A stretch of 64,000 nt of DNA from Macrostomum lignano (lineage: Eukaryota). The stretch spans positions 1 to 64,000 of the forward strand of contig NIVC01002227.1 of assembly GCA_002269645.1 (NCBI GenBank), read 5' to 3'. The notes under the pieces are model-generated. The model was not told where the DNA came from. It ran no database searches and was given only the letters and a program-made list of their open reading frames with translations. Both the position numbers and the translations under genes were made by a program. Below are positions 43,701 to 56,900 of this stretch, piece by piece (the first letter of the stretch is position 1; each line of letters opens with the position of its first letter).

Positions 43701-44548
43701 TCCATCAGTTTAAGCAGCACAAAAGACTGATCAGGCTCGTGACAGACTTGGCAAGGCTCCTGTTCCAAATAGAAGCCCTCCAGATCCATAAAGTTCTGCA
43801 GCCTGGTGTACAGATCGAAGTTGAAATGGCTAGTTAGCCTGGCATTCTCGGCTGTGAGCATGTCAACCACCTGCTGACAGTAGCGAGCCCGTTCGCTTTG
43901 ATCTAGCTGAGGCGAACTCAGCAACAGGTAGCCTAACAGGTCAACATAGCGCTCAGCCCTGGAGCTGAATGTTGGCAACTCGTGCCACAATTGCCAGACC
44001 AACTGTAGCAGGCTGAGCTGCTGCTCAGGCAGGCTGGCCGAATGCCGGTGCAGAGAGAATAGAAAGGCGTGAGCGCTGGACCGGACACTGGCCATACTGC
44101 TGTGGCATAGGAAGTACTTGACAAATCTCAGCAATAACGGTTGCTGCTGCTGTTGTTGCTGCCGGCCAAACACGCTGCTGACAAACTGACGGGCCAGCTG
44201 ACCTGTAAAATAAAAATTGAATATAATATTCAATATCTGCCCCGCACTGCACACTCGTGCATGTACAGCGTGTACAGCGGCCTTTGACCTTCTAATCGGT
44301 CAGGAATGTACACTCTACAGACACCTAGACAGTTAGTCAGACAGTTGGTCAGACAGTTGGTCAGACAGTTGGTCAGAGTTAGTCAGACAGTTGGTCAGAC
44401 AGTTGGTCAGAGTTAGTCAGACAGTTGGTCAGACAGTTGGTCAGACAGTTGGTCAGAGTTAGTCAGACAGTTGGTCAGACAGTTGGTCAGACAGTTGGTC
44501 AGACAGGCAGACAGACAGACAGACAGACAGACAGATAGACAGACAGAC

Positions 44549-44617
<69 letters not shown>

Positions 44618-44753
44618 GGCAGACAGACAGACAGACAGACAGATAGACAGACACACAGACAGACAGACGGATAGACAGACAGATAGACAGACAGACAGGC
44701 AGACAGACAGACAGACAGACAGACAGATAGACAGACACACAGACAGACAGACG

Positions 44754-44789
<36 letters not shown>

Positions 44790-44866
44790 GGCAGACAGAC
44801 AGACAGACAGACAGACAGATAGACAGACACACAGACAGACAGACGGATAGACAGACAGATAGATAC

Positions 44867-44901
<35 letters not shown>

Positions 44902-44926
44902 CACACACACACAGATAGACAGACAT

Positions 44927-44969
<43 letters not shown>

Positions 44970-47900
44970 CACAGACAGACAGACAGACACTAAGACAGAC
45001 AGACAGACAGACAGAACCACGTTTACCTCAGGTATTCGTGAAGCTTGCACTATTCGATCAGAAATTTTCATGTAACAGTAAATTTGCCATGGCTAAGAAT
45101 TTGCTCTATGCATCAGGAACTGACCCCCCCTCTGCCCCATCCCCGCCAACACTGACCTGCCAAATGATCGCTAAACGCTCCCGTCTCTGGCGGTGCTTCG
45201 GCGTTTGACTCCTGCTGTTTAGATGCGGTGCTTTGAGACTGCGGTAATGATAGAATCGGTTGCGGATGTTGCTGCTGCTGCTGCTGTTGATGCTGATGGT
45301 GGCCGCCTGTAGCAGACAGCGGACACACGGCTAGCAGTAGTAGCTGCAGGAAATTCTCTGCCAAATCGTTATCAGCGCAAGACACGGCTGCGCGCAATAA
45401 GAAACTAATAATTGACTCTTTATTGTTGATGGCGCTATCATCGGCAGCTGATAGTTGCTGCTGCTGCTGCTCCTGGAAGCAGTGCCATTGCCAATTGCCC
45501 GGCCTAGCGGTTGCCAAGGCTACGCAAGCTTTCAAACTATCCATGACAGACAGCAGCGATTGGTAGGACAGTTGAAGCTCTTCGCCAATAACGCCAACTT
45601 GAGCGCAGATTTGTCTAATCTGGCCAGTCTGATTAGCGTACGCGTGAAGGTCGCGCTTGCGCCTAACCAAGTCTTTGGAGTTGCCGGCGGCGGCCAGCAG
45701 AAGTCGGCGGGCCAGACGACGCACACAGGAGCCAGACGTCAGCTCGCACAGCTCGAGTACCAGGCGTCGCTGAAGTGCAACTGCAACTGGCCCCGATGCT
45801 GGCACAGCTGGGTAGGCAGACGGAATACGAGCTCAGTAAGCAGCTGAGCATAGCCGCTGAGCAGGTCTGAGTGATGCTGTCTCACGTAGTCTCTGGATAG
45901 CAGAGGCCAGCAGTCTGGCAGGCGGTTAGGCAGTGCCAGACGGAGCACCGTAGCGGCTCCGCCACCTGGAGAGTGCTGCTGCTGCTGCTGCTGTTCGATG
46001 TGACCGCCAGATGAGCCTGCAGCGGCAGCGGCGGATGCTGCAGATGAAGACGAAGTGGTGACACTGTCGCCGACTAATTGCTGAGACCTGTTTTAATTTT
46101 TTTAGAAATATATATACTTAATTTTTACTTGAAATTACGACTCATAGTACAATGTGATTCAAAATCTTATCATGGCCCAAAAATGGTAAAAAGCATTTGC
46201 GAAATCTCATATACCGCAGTCTAAAATCTCATACCGTAGTCTCAAAATCTCATACCGTAGTCTCAAAATCTCATACCGTAGTCTCAAAATCTCATAGCGT
46301 AGTCTCAAAATCTCATACCGTAGTCTCAAAATTTCATAGCGTAGTCTCAAAATCTCATAGCGTAGTCTCAAAATCTCATACTGTGGTCTAAAAATCTCAT
46401 TTTAGACTCAAAATCTCATACTCTAGTCTTAAAATCTCATACCGTAGTCTCAAGATCTCATACACCGCAGTCTAAAAACTCATACCACAGTCTAAAAAGC
46501 TCATGTACCGCAGTCTAAAATCCCATACCGTAGTCTCAAAATCTCATACTGTAGTCTTTAAGATCTCATACCGTAGTTTCTGAAGTCTTATAGAGAACTA
46601 TAAATCTCTTATTTATATTCAGAGCTAGCTAACTAGAATCTGATATAGTAATCCCCTGCATAAAATCTATTACAAAATCCCTAATCACTACAAAAAGAAG
46701 GCACACAGCCCAGACAGTACAAACCTGTCCAATTCCTTAATACACGCCAGAGCAAAGTCTAGAAAGTTACTATCCGACTCAGCCGTGCTCAGCAGACGCT
46801 TCGCAATGAACTCGCCAACTTGGCCAGGCAGTTTAGCGGCCAGCAGTTCGCTAAGCAATCGAAGCACCATCAAGCATAGCTCGTTACGCGGCGTGCGCGT
46901 GCAAAAGCTAGCAGCCTTGGCCGGGCTAAATTTGGGCAGCAAGTCGAACAAAGCTTCTAGACAGTTGTTCACAAGCTCGTCATCTGCGGAGCCGGCAGCG
47001 GCGGCCGTCGTTAGAAGCGGATAGAGCTGCAACAGGAACGGCACGCAACGCGACTGGCCGCTGCTGCTGGCCAGCGGCTCCGGCAGACAGTCGCGCAGCT
47101 TAGCTAGAAGAGCCCGTCGGATAGCCAGGCTCATCCTCGGCTGCGGAGCTCTCCGACTTGATCCAGCTGAGCCGCCAACAACTGAGGCTGAGGCTGGCGC
47201 CAAACCCGAAGCTGAGTTACTGCCGCCACCGCCGCCGCTTCTACCGACACCGCCGCTGCTGCTGACTCCGGCGACGGCTGCGTCGCTATCACCGTCCGAC
47301 GTTGTAGCCCCGGTAGTGGCGGCGGCCGACAGGGCTGGCTGGCTCTGGGAGCCGACAATATCGAAGCTGTCGGCAGAAGCTGTGGCGTCTAGCTCCATGG
47401 CGGCGGCCATGACTTCGTTGGCCAGGTGCATCTCCGCGGCTACGGCGGCGGCTTCCTCCTCGTCGACATCGTCGTCGTCATCATCATCATCGTCTTCGTC
47501 TTCGTCATCATCGTCGTCGTCATCGTCATCATCATCGATATCGACGACGCCGTGGTGATGCTGGTGCTGCTGCAGCAGCTGGGCCATGTGCTCAGCGTCG
47601 CTGACGCCGCCGCCGCCGCCACCGCTGGCATTGCCAGATGCTCCCCCGGCGCCGGCGCTGCCGCCACCGGCAGCTCCAGAATTACCGCCGCTATTTCCAG
47701 ACGATTGGCCTTCTTGCAGACTGAGCTGGATTGCCAAGGCCAGTTGGTCCTGTTGAATTATTGGTTAAATTGGGGGTTTGCTTGATGACTGCTTTAACAC
47801 TGGTTGAAGGTGGCGCGGCAGAGCGGCCCAGCAACTAAGGATCTGGGAGGCTGGCCCAGCAACTGAGGATCTGGGAGGCTGGCCCAGCAACTGAGGATCT

Positions 47901-50900
47901 GGGAGGCTGGCCCAGCAACTGAGGATCTGGTAGGCTGGCCCAGCAACTGAGGATCTGGGAGGTTGGCCCAGCAACTGAGGATCTGGGAGGCTGGCCCAAA
48001 GCAACTGAGGATCTGGGAGGCTGGCCCAGCAACTGAGGATCTGGGAGGCTGGTCCACAGCAACTGAGGATCTGGGAGGCTGGCCCAGCAACTGAGGATCT
48101 GGGAGGCTGGTCCACAGCAACTGAGGATCTGGGAGGCTGGCCCAGCAACTGAGGATATGGGAGGCTGGCCCAGCAACTGAGGATCTGGGAGGCTGGTGGC
48201 CCAGCAACTGAGGATCTGGGAGGCTGGCCCAGCAACTGAGGATCTGGGAGGCTGGCCCAGCAACTGAGGATCTGGGAGGCTGGCCCAGCAACTGAGGATC
48301 TGGGAGGCTGGCCCAGCAACTGAGGATCTGGGAGGCTGGCCCAGCAACTGAGGATCTGGGAGGCTGGCCCAGCAACTGAGGATCTGGGAGGCTGGTCCAG
48401 CAACTGAGGATCTGGGAGGCTGGTCCAGCAACTGAGGATCTGGGAGGCTGGCCCAAAGCAACTGAGATCTGGGAGGCTGGCCCAGCAACTGAGGATCTGG
48501 TAGGCTGGCCCAGCAACTGAGGATCTGGGAGGTTGGCCCAGCAACTGAGGATCTGGGAGGCTGGCCCAAAGCAACTGAGGATCTGGGAGGCTGGCCCAGC
48601 AACTGAGGATCTGGGAGGCTGGTCCACAGCAACTGAGGATCTGGGAGGCTGGTCCACAGCAACTGAGGATCTGGGAGGCTGGCCCAGCAACTGAGGATTT
48701 GGGAGGCTGGCCCACAGCAACTGAGGATCTGGGAGGCTGGCCCAAAGCAACTGAGGATTTGGGAGGCTGGCCCAGCAACTGAGGATCTGGGAGGCTGGTG
48801 GCCCAGCAACTGAGGATCTGAGAGGGTGACAGTCAAACCAGTCGGTTGCCAGTTCCATTCGCAAACACTGCAAACTTAAAGCAAACCTGATCGTCCATCT
48901 GTCCGCCATCGAATCCCTGAGCAACCTGCAGCAGAGCGGCGCCCAGATGCATGGGATCCTCGTCTTCATCTTCCTCTTCCTCCTCCTCCATCTCTTCGAC
49001 GTCGCGCTCCTCCGCGGCGACCATCATAGCAGCCTGGTCGTCTTCGTCCATGGCTTCGTGATCGAATTCGGCCCCGGCTGCCACGGCGGCAGCGACAGCG
49101 TCATCGGCCAGCTCTTGGGCGGCAGCCGGCGCCGGGGGCGGCGGTGTCGGCGGAGCGGCCGCAGCCTCTTCAGCTGGCAGCTGCTGATCATGCGCCTGCT
49201 GCTGCTGCTGCTGCCTACGTTGACGCCGGTGAAGTCCCAAACGACGCGATCGACTGCCGGACGCCCCGGCAGTTGCACCGGCTGCCGACAAAGCCGACGA
49301 AGGCTCCTGTCCAGCCGACAGCGAAGCGGCGACACCGGCACCCTGACCAGACGGCTGTTGACGAAGCTCCTCCTGACTCTGCTGACGGTGTCGGTGCTGC
49401 TGCTCGCTCGGCTTCCTCAGCAGCTGGCCAAGCGCCTGTCGACAGGCGTGAGCCGCCTCGCCGCAGCGGTGCAACAGTAGCTCAGAGTAGATTGTCATCA
49501 CCTGGTCGACTAGGCGGGCATCGGCTCGGCAGCAGGCGTGCAAGGTCTGCACCAGCGGAGCTACCAGACCTTCAACAGGCGGCGGCGGGCCGAGGCCTAA
49601 CCGGTGCAGCCCGACAGAGTCGGCTGGTCGTTCAACTAGCGCGCGCTTGGCGCAGTCCCATAGCAACTGGACTAGATTTGAGCTGGCTAATAAATTAGAT
49701 CCCGGCTGCGACATCAACAGGAGACTGTCTGGTCTGGATTGGCCAATATCGTACAGCAGGCTGACTAAGTGCACCACCAGCAGCTGGTCCACTGGCTGAC
49801 TGCTGCTGGACATCTGTTGCAGTTGGTCAACGCAATGCCGAAGTATCGTAGCGTCCTTGGCCTGCGATAAGTTTAAAGCCGGGATTTTTTAAATAAAAGC
49901 GACTACTAATAGTAATAATCCCACCAATACTGTTCGCAGGCACGCAGTTGTACACACGCTCACACAGGGTGTACATCGGCCATGAAAAGATCATATATAC
50001 ACAAGATGGGCCACTCATTAATCGCTTGTGGCCATAGAAGCTAATGTAAAAAAATTGCATCTCGCGACAGCGCGAAAATGGGGGCCCATCACAAGCTCGA
50101 AAAATCACATCGTCGATAAGCATCCACCATCACAAGCTCGAAAAATCACATCGTCGAAAAAAAGCAGAAAGCTCGAGTAGGGTTAGGGTTAGAGCTTGTG
50201 CCTTAGGGTTAGGGTTTAGTTTAGGGTCGGGGTTAGAGCTTGTGCCTTAGGGTTAGGGTTTAGGTTAGGGTCGGGGTTAGAGCTTGTGCCTTAGGGTTAG
50301 GGTGTAGGGTAAAGTTAGTTTTTTGGGGTTAGAGCTTGTGCTTTAGGGTTAGGGTTTAGGGTTAAGTTAGGGTTGGGGTTAGAGCTTGTCCCTTAGGGTT
50401 AGGGTTTAGGTTAGGGTCGGGGTTAGAGCTTGTGCCTTAGGGTTAGGGTCGGGGTTAGAGCTTGTGCCTTAGGGTTAGGGTTTAGGTTAGGGTTGGGGTT
50501 AGAGCTTTTGCCTTAGGGTTAGGGTTTTGGTTAGGGTCGGGGTTAGAGCTTGTGCCTTAGGGTTAGGGTTTAGGTTAGGGTCGGGGTTAGAGCTTGTGCC
50601 TTAGGGTTAGGGTCGGGGTTAGAGCTTGTGCCTTAGGGTTAGGGTTTAGGTTAGGGTTGGGGTTAGAGCTTGTGCCTTAGGGTTAGGGTTTAGGGTTAAG
50701 TTAGGGTTGGGGTTAGAGCTTGTGCCTTACCTTACCAATACTACTGATAGTAATGCACAAATCAGATTAAAAAATAATCGCACCTTATGAAAATCTTTGG
50801 CTCCGGAGTGCACAGAGCGCAGATAGCGCAAAGCTTCAACGCAGATTCGTTTAGGCGCCGAACTGAGCAGCAGACTCTCGCATAGCGGCACGGCAGCTTC

Positions 50901-53900
50901 CCGGATAAGCGGCTGCTGCTTGCCGGCTGTCGCCAGAGCTGCCAGATTGCCGGCTGCCTCGAGGCCGAGCAGCAGCACCCGGTCGCGGCTGGTTGGCGCC
51001 GGCTCAAAAAACGACACCGACGTTGACGAGCGGCCACCGACGGCGTTGCCGGCAACCGCAGCTGAGGCGACGGTGGAAACGCTGGCGTCTGCAGGCCAAC
51101 GAAGCGTAGATTTCTGCTGCACGTACACCTTCACCGAGTCGATGATGGTGACAGCGTCGGAGTCGGCGCTTGGCCCAAATTTTAACGACACGCCAGAGTC
51201 GGAGGCGAGAATTTCCGACCGAGTGAACGGCAGGTCGAACCAGCGCGGCCGAGTCATTCGCACAGGGATAATCCGGCCGTGCAGCTCTAGTGAGACGGGC
51301 ACCCGTTCCAAGCCTAGCAGGCCCAGGTGAACCCGGATACCAACAATGGCCGATTGGGCTGGCCGGGGATTCTTAATAGTGAGCTCTCCGCCAGTGGATT
51401 TTGAGCAGGCAATATAATCACCCTGCGTTGTCAGGCGCTGTTTGAGTCGCTGGGCTGTGTAGCAGTGTAGAAAATCTGGCCCGCCAAATTCTACCGATTT
51501 CTCCTCTTGACAGGATTCGAAAAAATCTACGGGCAAATTGGAAGCGTCTTCCAGGCTGGAATTGGCGCCGGCGGCCGGGGCAGCCGAGGCGCCAGACGAA
51601 GCCGGTGCGGCGCCAGTTGGAGCGCCGAAGCTGCGGCCAGACTTTAACAAAAAGACGCAAGAGGAACAATTTAGATTGCTTTCAGATTCTTAGAAAACCA
51701 TCCTAACAACGGGCCTACATGTAGGTTAAGAGTCATTTGCGTCGCCCAGAACAATAACTGATTATTCCTGGCCTAATAGGCAGATGTGCAACCGACAGCT
51801 CAGCCGCAGCTATTGCGAGGCGCATCTGAAGGCTGCGTACGGCTGTTCAGTGTTCAGTGACTGGGCAGTCGCCACACACAGCCTCAATTACCCCAGCTAA
51901 TTCTGGCACCCATTTTACAGCTGGGTGAACTGAAGCAATGCAGAGTAAAGTGTCTTGCTTAAGGACGCAAATCGTTTCGGGTAGGTCCAGATTCGAACCC
52001 CCGACCTGTCAGTCGTGAGTCCGATGATCTAACCACTAGTCTACAATCCCCTTCAGGCATGAGCACTATCTATACAAGTATGAGCACTATCTATATAATT
52101 ATGAGCACTATCTATAACTATGAGCACTTATCTATATAATTATGAGCACCATCTATATAATTATGAGCACTATCTATATAATTATGAGCACTATCTATAT
52201 AAGTATGAGCACTATCTATCATCAGCATCAACAATAGAACAGGTATATAAATAGATAATTGACAGCACAACAGACTCACCTCCCAACGCGATCCTCTGCG
52301 CGAACCGGTAGCAGCGGACCAAGAGGCCAAGGCAGTGGACAATCTTGGATAGAACTCCGGCTGTAGCCAATACCCAGTCTGACTATTAGCAATAAAATAG
52401 AATCGAACAGAGCCATCCTCGTGCAGAGCCAGACAGGCGGTCAGCTCTGCATGATCAGTATTAGCAGGCTCAACCAGTTCAGCCGAGACAGCTGGCAGTC
52501 TGGCGCACAGGAATCCTGCAGAACGATTTGCCCGACTACCGCCGCCGCCGCCGCCGTTACCAGACGCGTGCAAATCCAAGCTAGCAATCTTGTCAGGCTC
52601 CAAGCTGATAAGCACAGGCGCTTGACTGCTGATCCTGATAGCTGTCAGCAGGCCGGGATGGCCGGGCACATCGCGCCAAGCTGTCAGCGGCGCCGCCGGC
52701 TTGGAACTAGCCGTACTATCGATGTCGATACGGTGATGCTTGGCAGTCAGAACGCCACCGCTGCCGGGCTCACTGGAAATGTCGGCGGCTAGAGAAACTG
52801 GCACAGCGGTGCAGAAGGACGCTCCGCAAGTGTACGAGTGCAGCAGTACGCCTAGAGGTGCGCTGTAGTGCAACGACACACCGCCTTTGCCGCGGCTTTG
52901 CTGAGGAAAGTAATCAAGAGTTATAAAAATTAGTCTACATTCTTTTTTCAGTAGTTACTTTCGCAGTGTCACTTAAATTTAATGTGACAACTAAGATTTT
53001 CTTTCTTTCCTCGGAGTTTGTAGCCTCAGAATCATATGGGTTTAAGAATGAACAACAAGCGTTTAACCCCATGTGCACAAGTGAACGCATGACGGACGAA
53101 ACTCAGCTTAGGGGCAGGCCCAATCTAGCTCAGCCAATGAGAAAGCAGTTAGGAGAGAGGGCCAAAGTCAGACGGACGACACTCAGCCTAGGGGGCAGGC
53201 CCAATCTAGCTCAGCCAATGAGAGAGCAGTAAGGAGAGAGGGCCAAAGTCAGACGGACGAAACTCAGCCTAGGGGGCAGGCCAAATCTAGCTCAGCCAAT
53301 GAGAAAGCAGTAAGGAGAGAGGGCCAGTCAGACGGACGAAACTCAGCGTAGAGGGCAGGCCCAGTCTAGCTCGGCCAATGAGAAAGCAGTAAGGAGAGAG
53401 GGCCAGTCAGACGGACGAAACTCAGCCTAGGGGGCAGGCCCAATCTAGCTCAGCCAATGAGAAAGCAGTAAGGAGAGAGGGCCAAAGTCAGACGGACGAA
53501 ACTCAGCCTAGGGGGCAGGCCCAATTTAGCTCAGCCAATGAGAAAGCAGTAAGGAGAGAGAGGATCAAGGTCAGACGGAATAAACTCAGTCTAGGGGGCA
53601 GGCCCAATTTTGACTCAGCCAATGAGAGAGCAGTTATGCAGAAAGTAAAACAGTTTATCGGCCTGGATGGGGGTGGGGGCGTCGCCCCCTTTTTTCTCTT
53701 GCTTGCTATGCACACGCACTGGATTTTTTGTATAATATTTGGTGCTCTGTTAGCTAGTAAATAATACTAGTTCTTCAAGTAGTCACTAATCTCTAACTCA
53801 CCTGATCTTTCGCTGAATCCCTGATCCCGGGCAGCGGATTAGCGAATTCCAAGCAGGTGGCAATAGTGAAAGCTCCGATACTCTCCGCGGCGCAGGTTGG

Positions 53901-56900
53901 TGCTAATTTCTGGCTAAAAATAGCGCCGTTAGAAGACATAATCAATAGTCTTGGCCCATCCCCGGCAGTTGAGCCAACAAACGTGGCATCCCGGATGCTG
54001 CCGGAGCCAATTAGAAAATAATACTGCGGACTGATAACGTCAAGGGCCGTATTGAAAATCTTCACGCAACTAGGCGTAACAATGGCCAATTCGGATGGAG
54101 AACCGGGCAGCCATATTGACTTGATAATGTGTGTATTGGACTCTAGCGCCGTGGTGACTACCAGTACATCCTGAATAGAGCCGCTTCCAGTCAGCGTAAT
54201 TAGGCGGCATTCGCGCAGGCCGCACACGGATACGATTGAATCGTTGGCCGGATTTGGCGCGATGTGCACCACCTGTGATCGAGTTGGGTTGTCATTCGAA
54301 ACTTTGCAATTGAAGTAGCGATTTCATTAGCGATTTCAGTAGCGATGATGGAACTCATAATGATGGTTCAGTAGATGATGGTTCAGTAGATGATGGGTCA
54401 GTAGGTCAGCAGATGGTGGAACTCATGATTATGACTCAGTAGATGATGGCACTTATGATGATGGTTCAGCAGATGAAAATGATGGGCCAGCAGCTGACAA
54501 TGATGGGTCAGCAGCTGACAATGATGATCCGGCAGCTGACAATGATGGGTCAGCAGATAAAAATGATGGCTTAGCAGCTGACAATGATAGGTCAGCAGAT
54601 GCAAATTAAGCAAACTGTTCAATAGGTATTGTCACCTGAAAGTGCAGCGTTGCGCAGTCAATAGGATTAGACAACAATTTCCGTTTCATAGCAGTCGCAG
54701 AAGTGGCCTTCTTGCCGTTGCCGCCATTGTTAGCAGACTTCTTATTGTTGCTATGCAGGTCATCATCTTCTGAATTGTGCATAGCAACAGCTTGATTAAC
54801 CAGCGCCTTCAGCGATACGGTGCTAATCCTGCCCTGATCGCTGGCAAGAATCAGATTGTCGCATTGTCTACCGCACAACGGAACCAAAGGCACCCTAGCT
54901 AGATTGTGATTGGCTAGCAGGGCTTTCAATTGTTGACCCTCTTCGCCGGAATAGGATAGCTTTAGTCTGTCGAATGCGCCATCGTCGCATTGGATGCTGG
55001 TGGTCTGGAGTTCGATTCACGTATTGAAAGACAAAATAAATATCATAATTGTTAACGCTACTTGAACTTCAATATTTTGGGTATTAGAACACACTTTAAG
55101 ATCCTCGTGAAATAAATGAAATGCCAGCATTTGTTGGTTGTGATCTACTGTAATGCATTGGCTCGTACTGTACTTGATCACACTCAGCTGTGCTTTTTGT
55201 GTCTACACTGTTATGCTTTATCTTCCCCCGCGCGCTGATTGGCTGCTCTCTCCTTCTACCTTCTACCTCTATCCCCCAATTTTTGTAACTCCTTGCTAGT
55301 CGTGCCCTCTCATTGGCTGTCAACCTAGTTTTCTACCCCACTCTATATGTAGTGTTCTACCCTCACCCCCCTACAGCCATTTTTTTTATTAGAGGCAGGG
55401 GGGTTGTGTGCACCCTGGCGCACTTTAAGCGACATAGGCACACAACCGGCGAGAGGCATTACTGCCCATTCCGCCGACTCCCCTGAGCAGGCATACAAGC
55501 GCGCGGATACGTACGCAGGCACACACTCACACAGGAGTGTACAGCGGCCCTAACTTTATATTATCGTTAGGCATGTACACTTCACTGCGCTTTGGGGGGT
55601 TGGCTCTCAAGGCCGTTAATTGCACGAGCAGAGCCAAGCCGAGATTCCAATTCAGCCCCAAATTAATGTGACTGCACTTGGAATCGAGCCTGGGTCGCTG
55701 GCACACCAGAGCAGCTGCGCTACCGCTGGCTACGCCCCCCCCCTGCAGCCAATTCTCTCTCTCTCCTTCGAAGCCCACCTCAAATCTGTTATTCTTTAAC
55801 GCGCGCGCGCCAATCACAAGCCGCCCCAATAAAAACGGTACCTCAACCAACGAGCGGACCAGAGTCACTTAAGTCGCCTCAGAGTTATTCAAGAGTTGTT
55901 ACAGGTAAAACATGCAAAACAGGAAAGAAGTGACTCTAGACGATTCTCAAATGACGATGTGTCACAGTGGAAATCGCTAAAGTCGTTTAAGCGTCAATTT
56001 GAGGAGTTTTATTGTCTACGACTCTGGGTGCGTCTATAACAACTCTGAGACCGTAGAGTTGCTGTAGAATAAAGCGAATCTGCATCAATTTAGAAATTAG
56101 AGTCGTATTTCTCATTTATGACAACTCTATTTAGTCGATTGGAATTAGTAGAAAGTGAAGCGCTAACAAAACTCTTAGACGACTGACTCTTTTAACGATT
56201 CTGAAACGGTATTAAACGGTATTCCCAAAGGATCCTAGGTGTGATAAAACACACTGACAATGACTAACCAGCAGCTGGTCGCATTGCACAGTGACAATCT
56301 TCTCTCCGTTATAGAATCTATCGTAGGCCGACCCAATCCAGGCACTGTTGCCAACAGCCCTACGCTTGTAGATCTCTAGCAGAGGCTGGGCCAGGCGGCT
56401 CAACAGCCGATTAATCAGGGCCACGTATTCCGGCTGCATCAGCAGCTCGCACAGGCTGTCACGGTGCGACTCTATCTGGCGGCGGAATTCGCTTGATCGA
56501 GTAGCAGACGACACTGTCGATGCAAGATGGTGCGCCTGCGGCAGAGACGGCGGCGGTGGCGGCGGCGGAGGTGAAGCCTCGGCCTGCTTGGACTGCTGCT
56601 GCTGATGATGCCGTCGTCGTCTTGAAGCGGCAGCCGCAGCAGCGGCGGCGGCAGCAGAGGCGGCAGCGGATGCGCCGGACTTTCTGGCCGGTCGTGACGG
56701 CGGCGGCGCGGCGGCAGCTGCGGCGGCTGCAGCAGCGACAGCGGCGCTAGCGGAGCGCCGATTCAACGCCTGACAGAATGACTCGCCTTTGGCGCCGCAG
56801 TCGCAGAAGAAAGCGCCAAATTTGTTATAAGTAAGATCGTGGCCACGGTGGCAGAGCCGGGCGCACACGGAACAGACGCCAACTCCGTCAACAAATTTGC

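Noticed and set aside
50178-50728. True chromosome end or scaffold join
   Set aside because: UBR4 exons continue in phase on both sides and the repeat has a fixed non-telomeric spacer.
51985-55742. tRNA genes at the A/B-box motifs (51989-52051 and 55680-55742)
   Set aside because: No convincing cloverleaf; both continue into SINE bodies.
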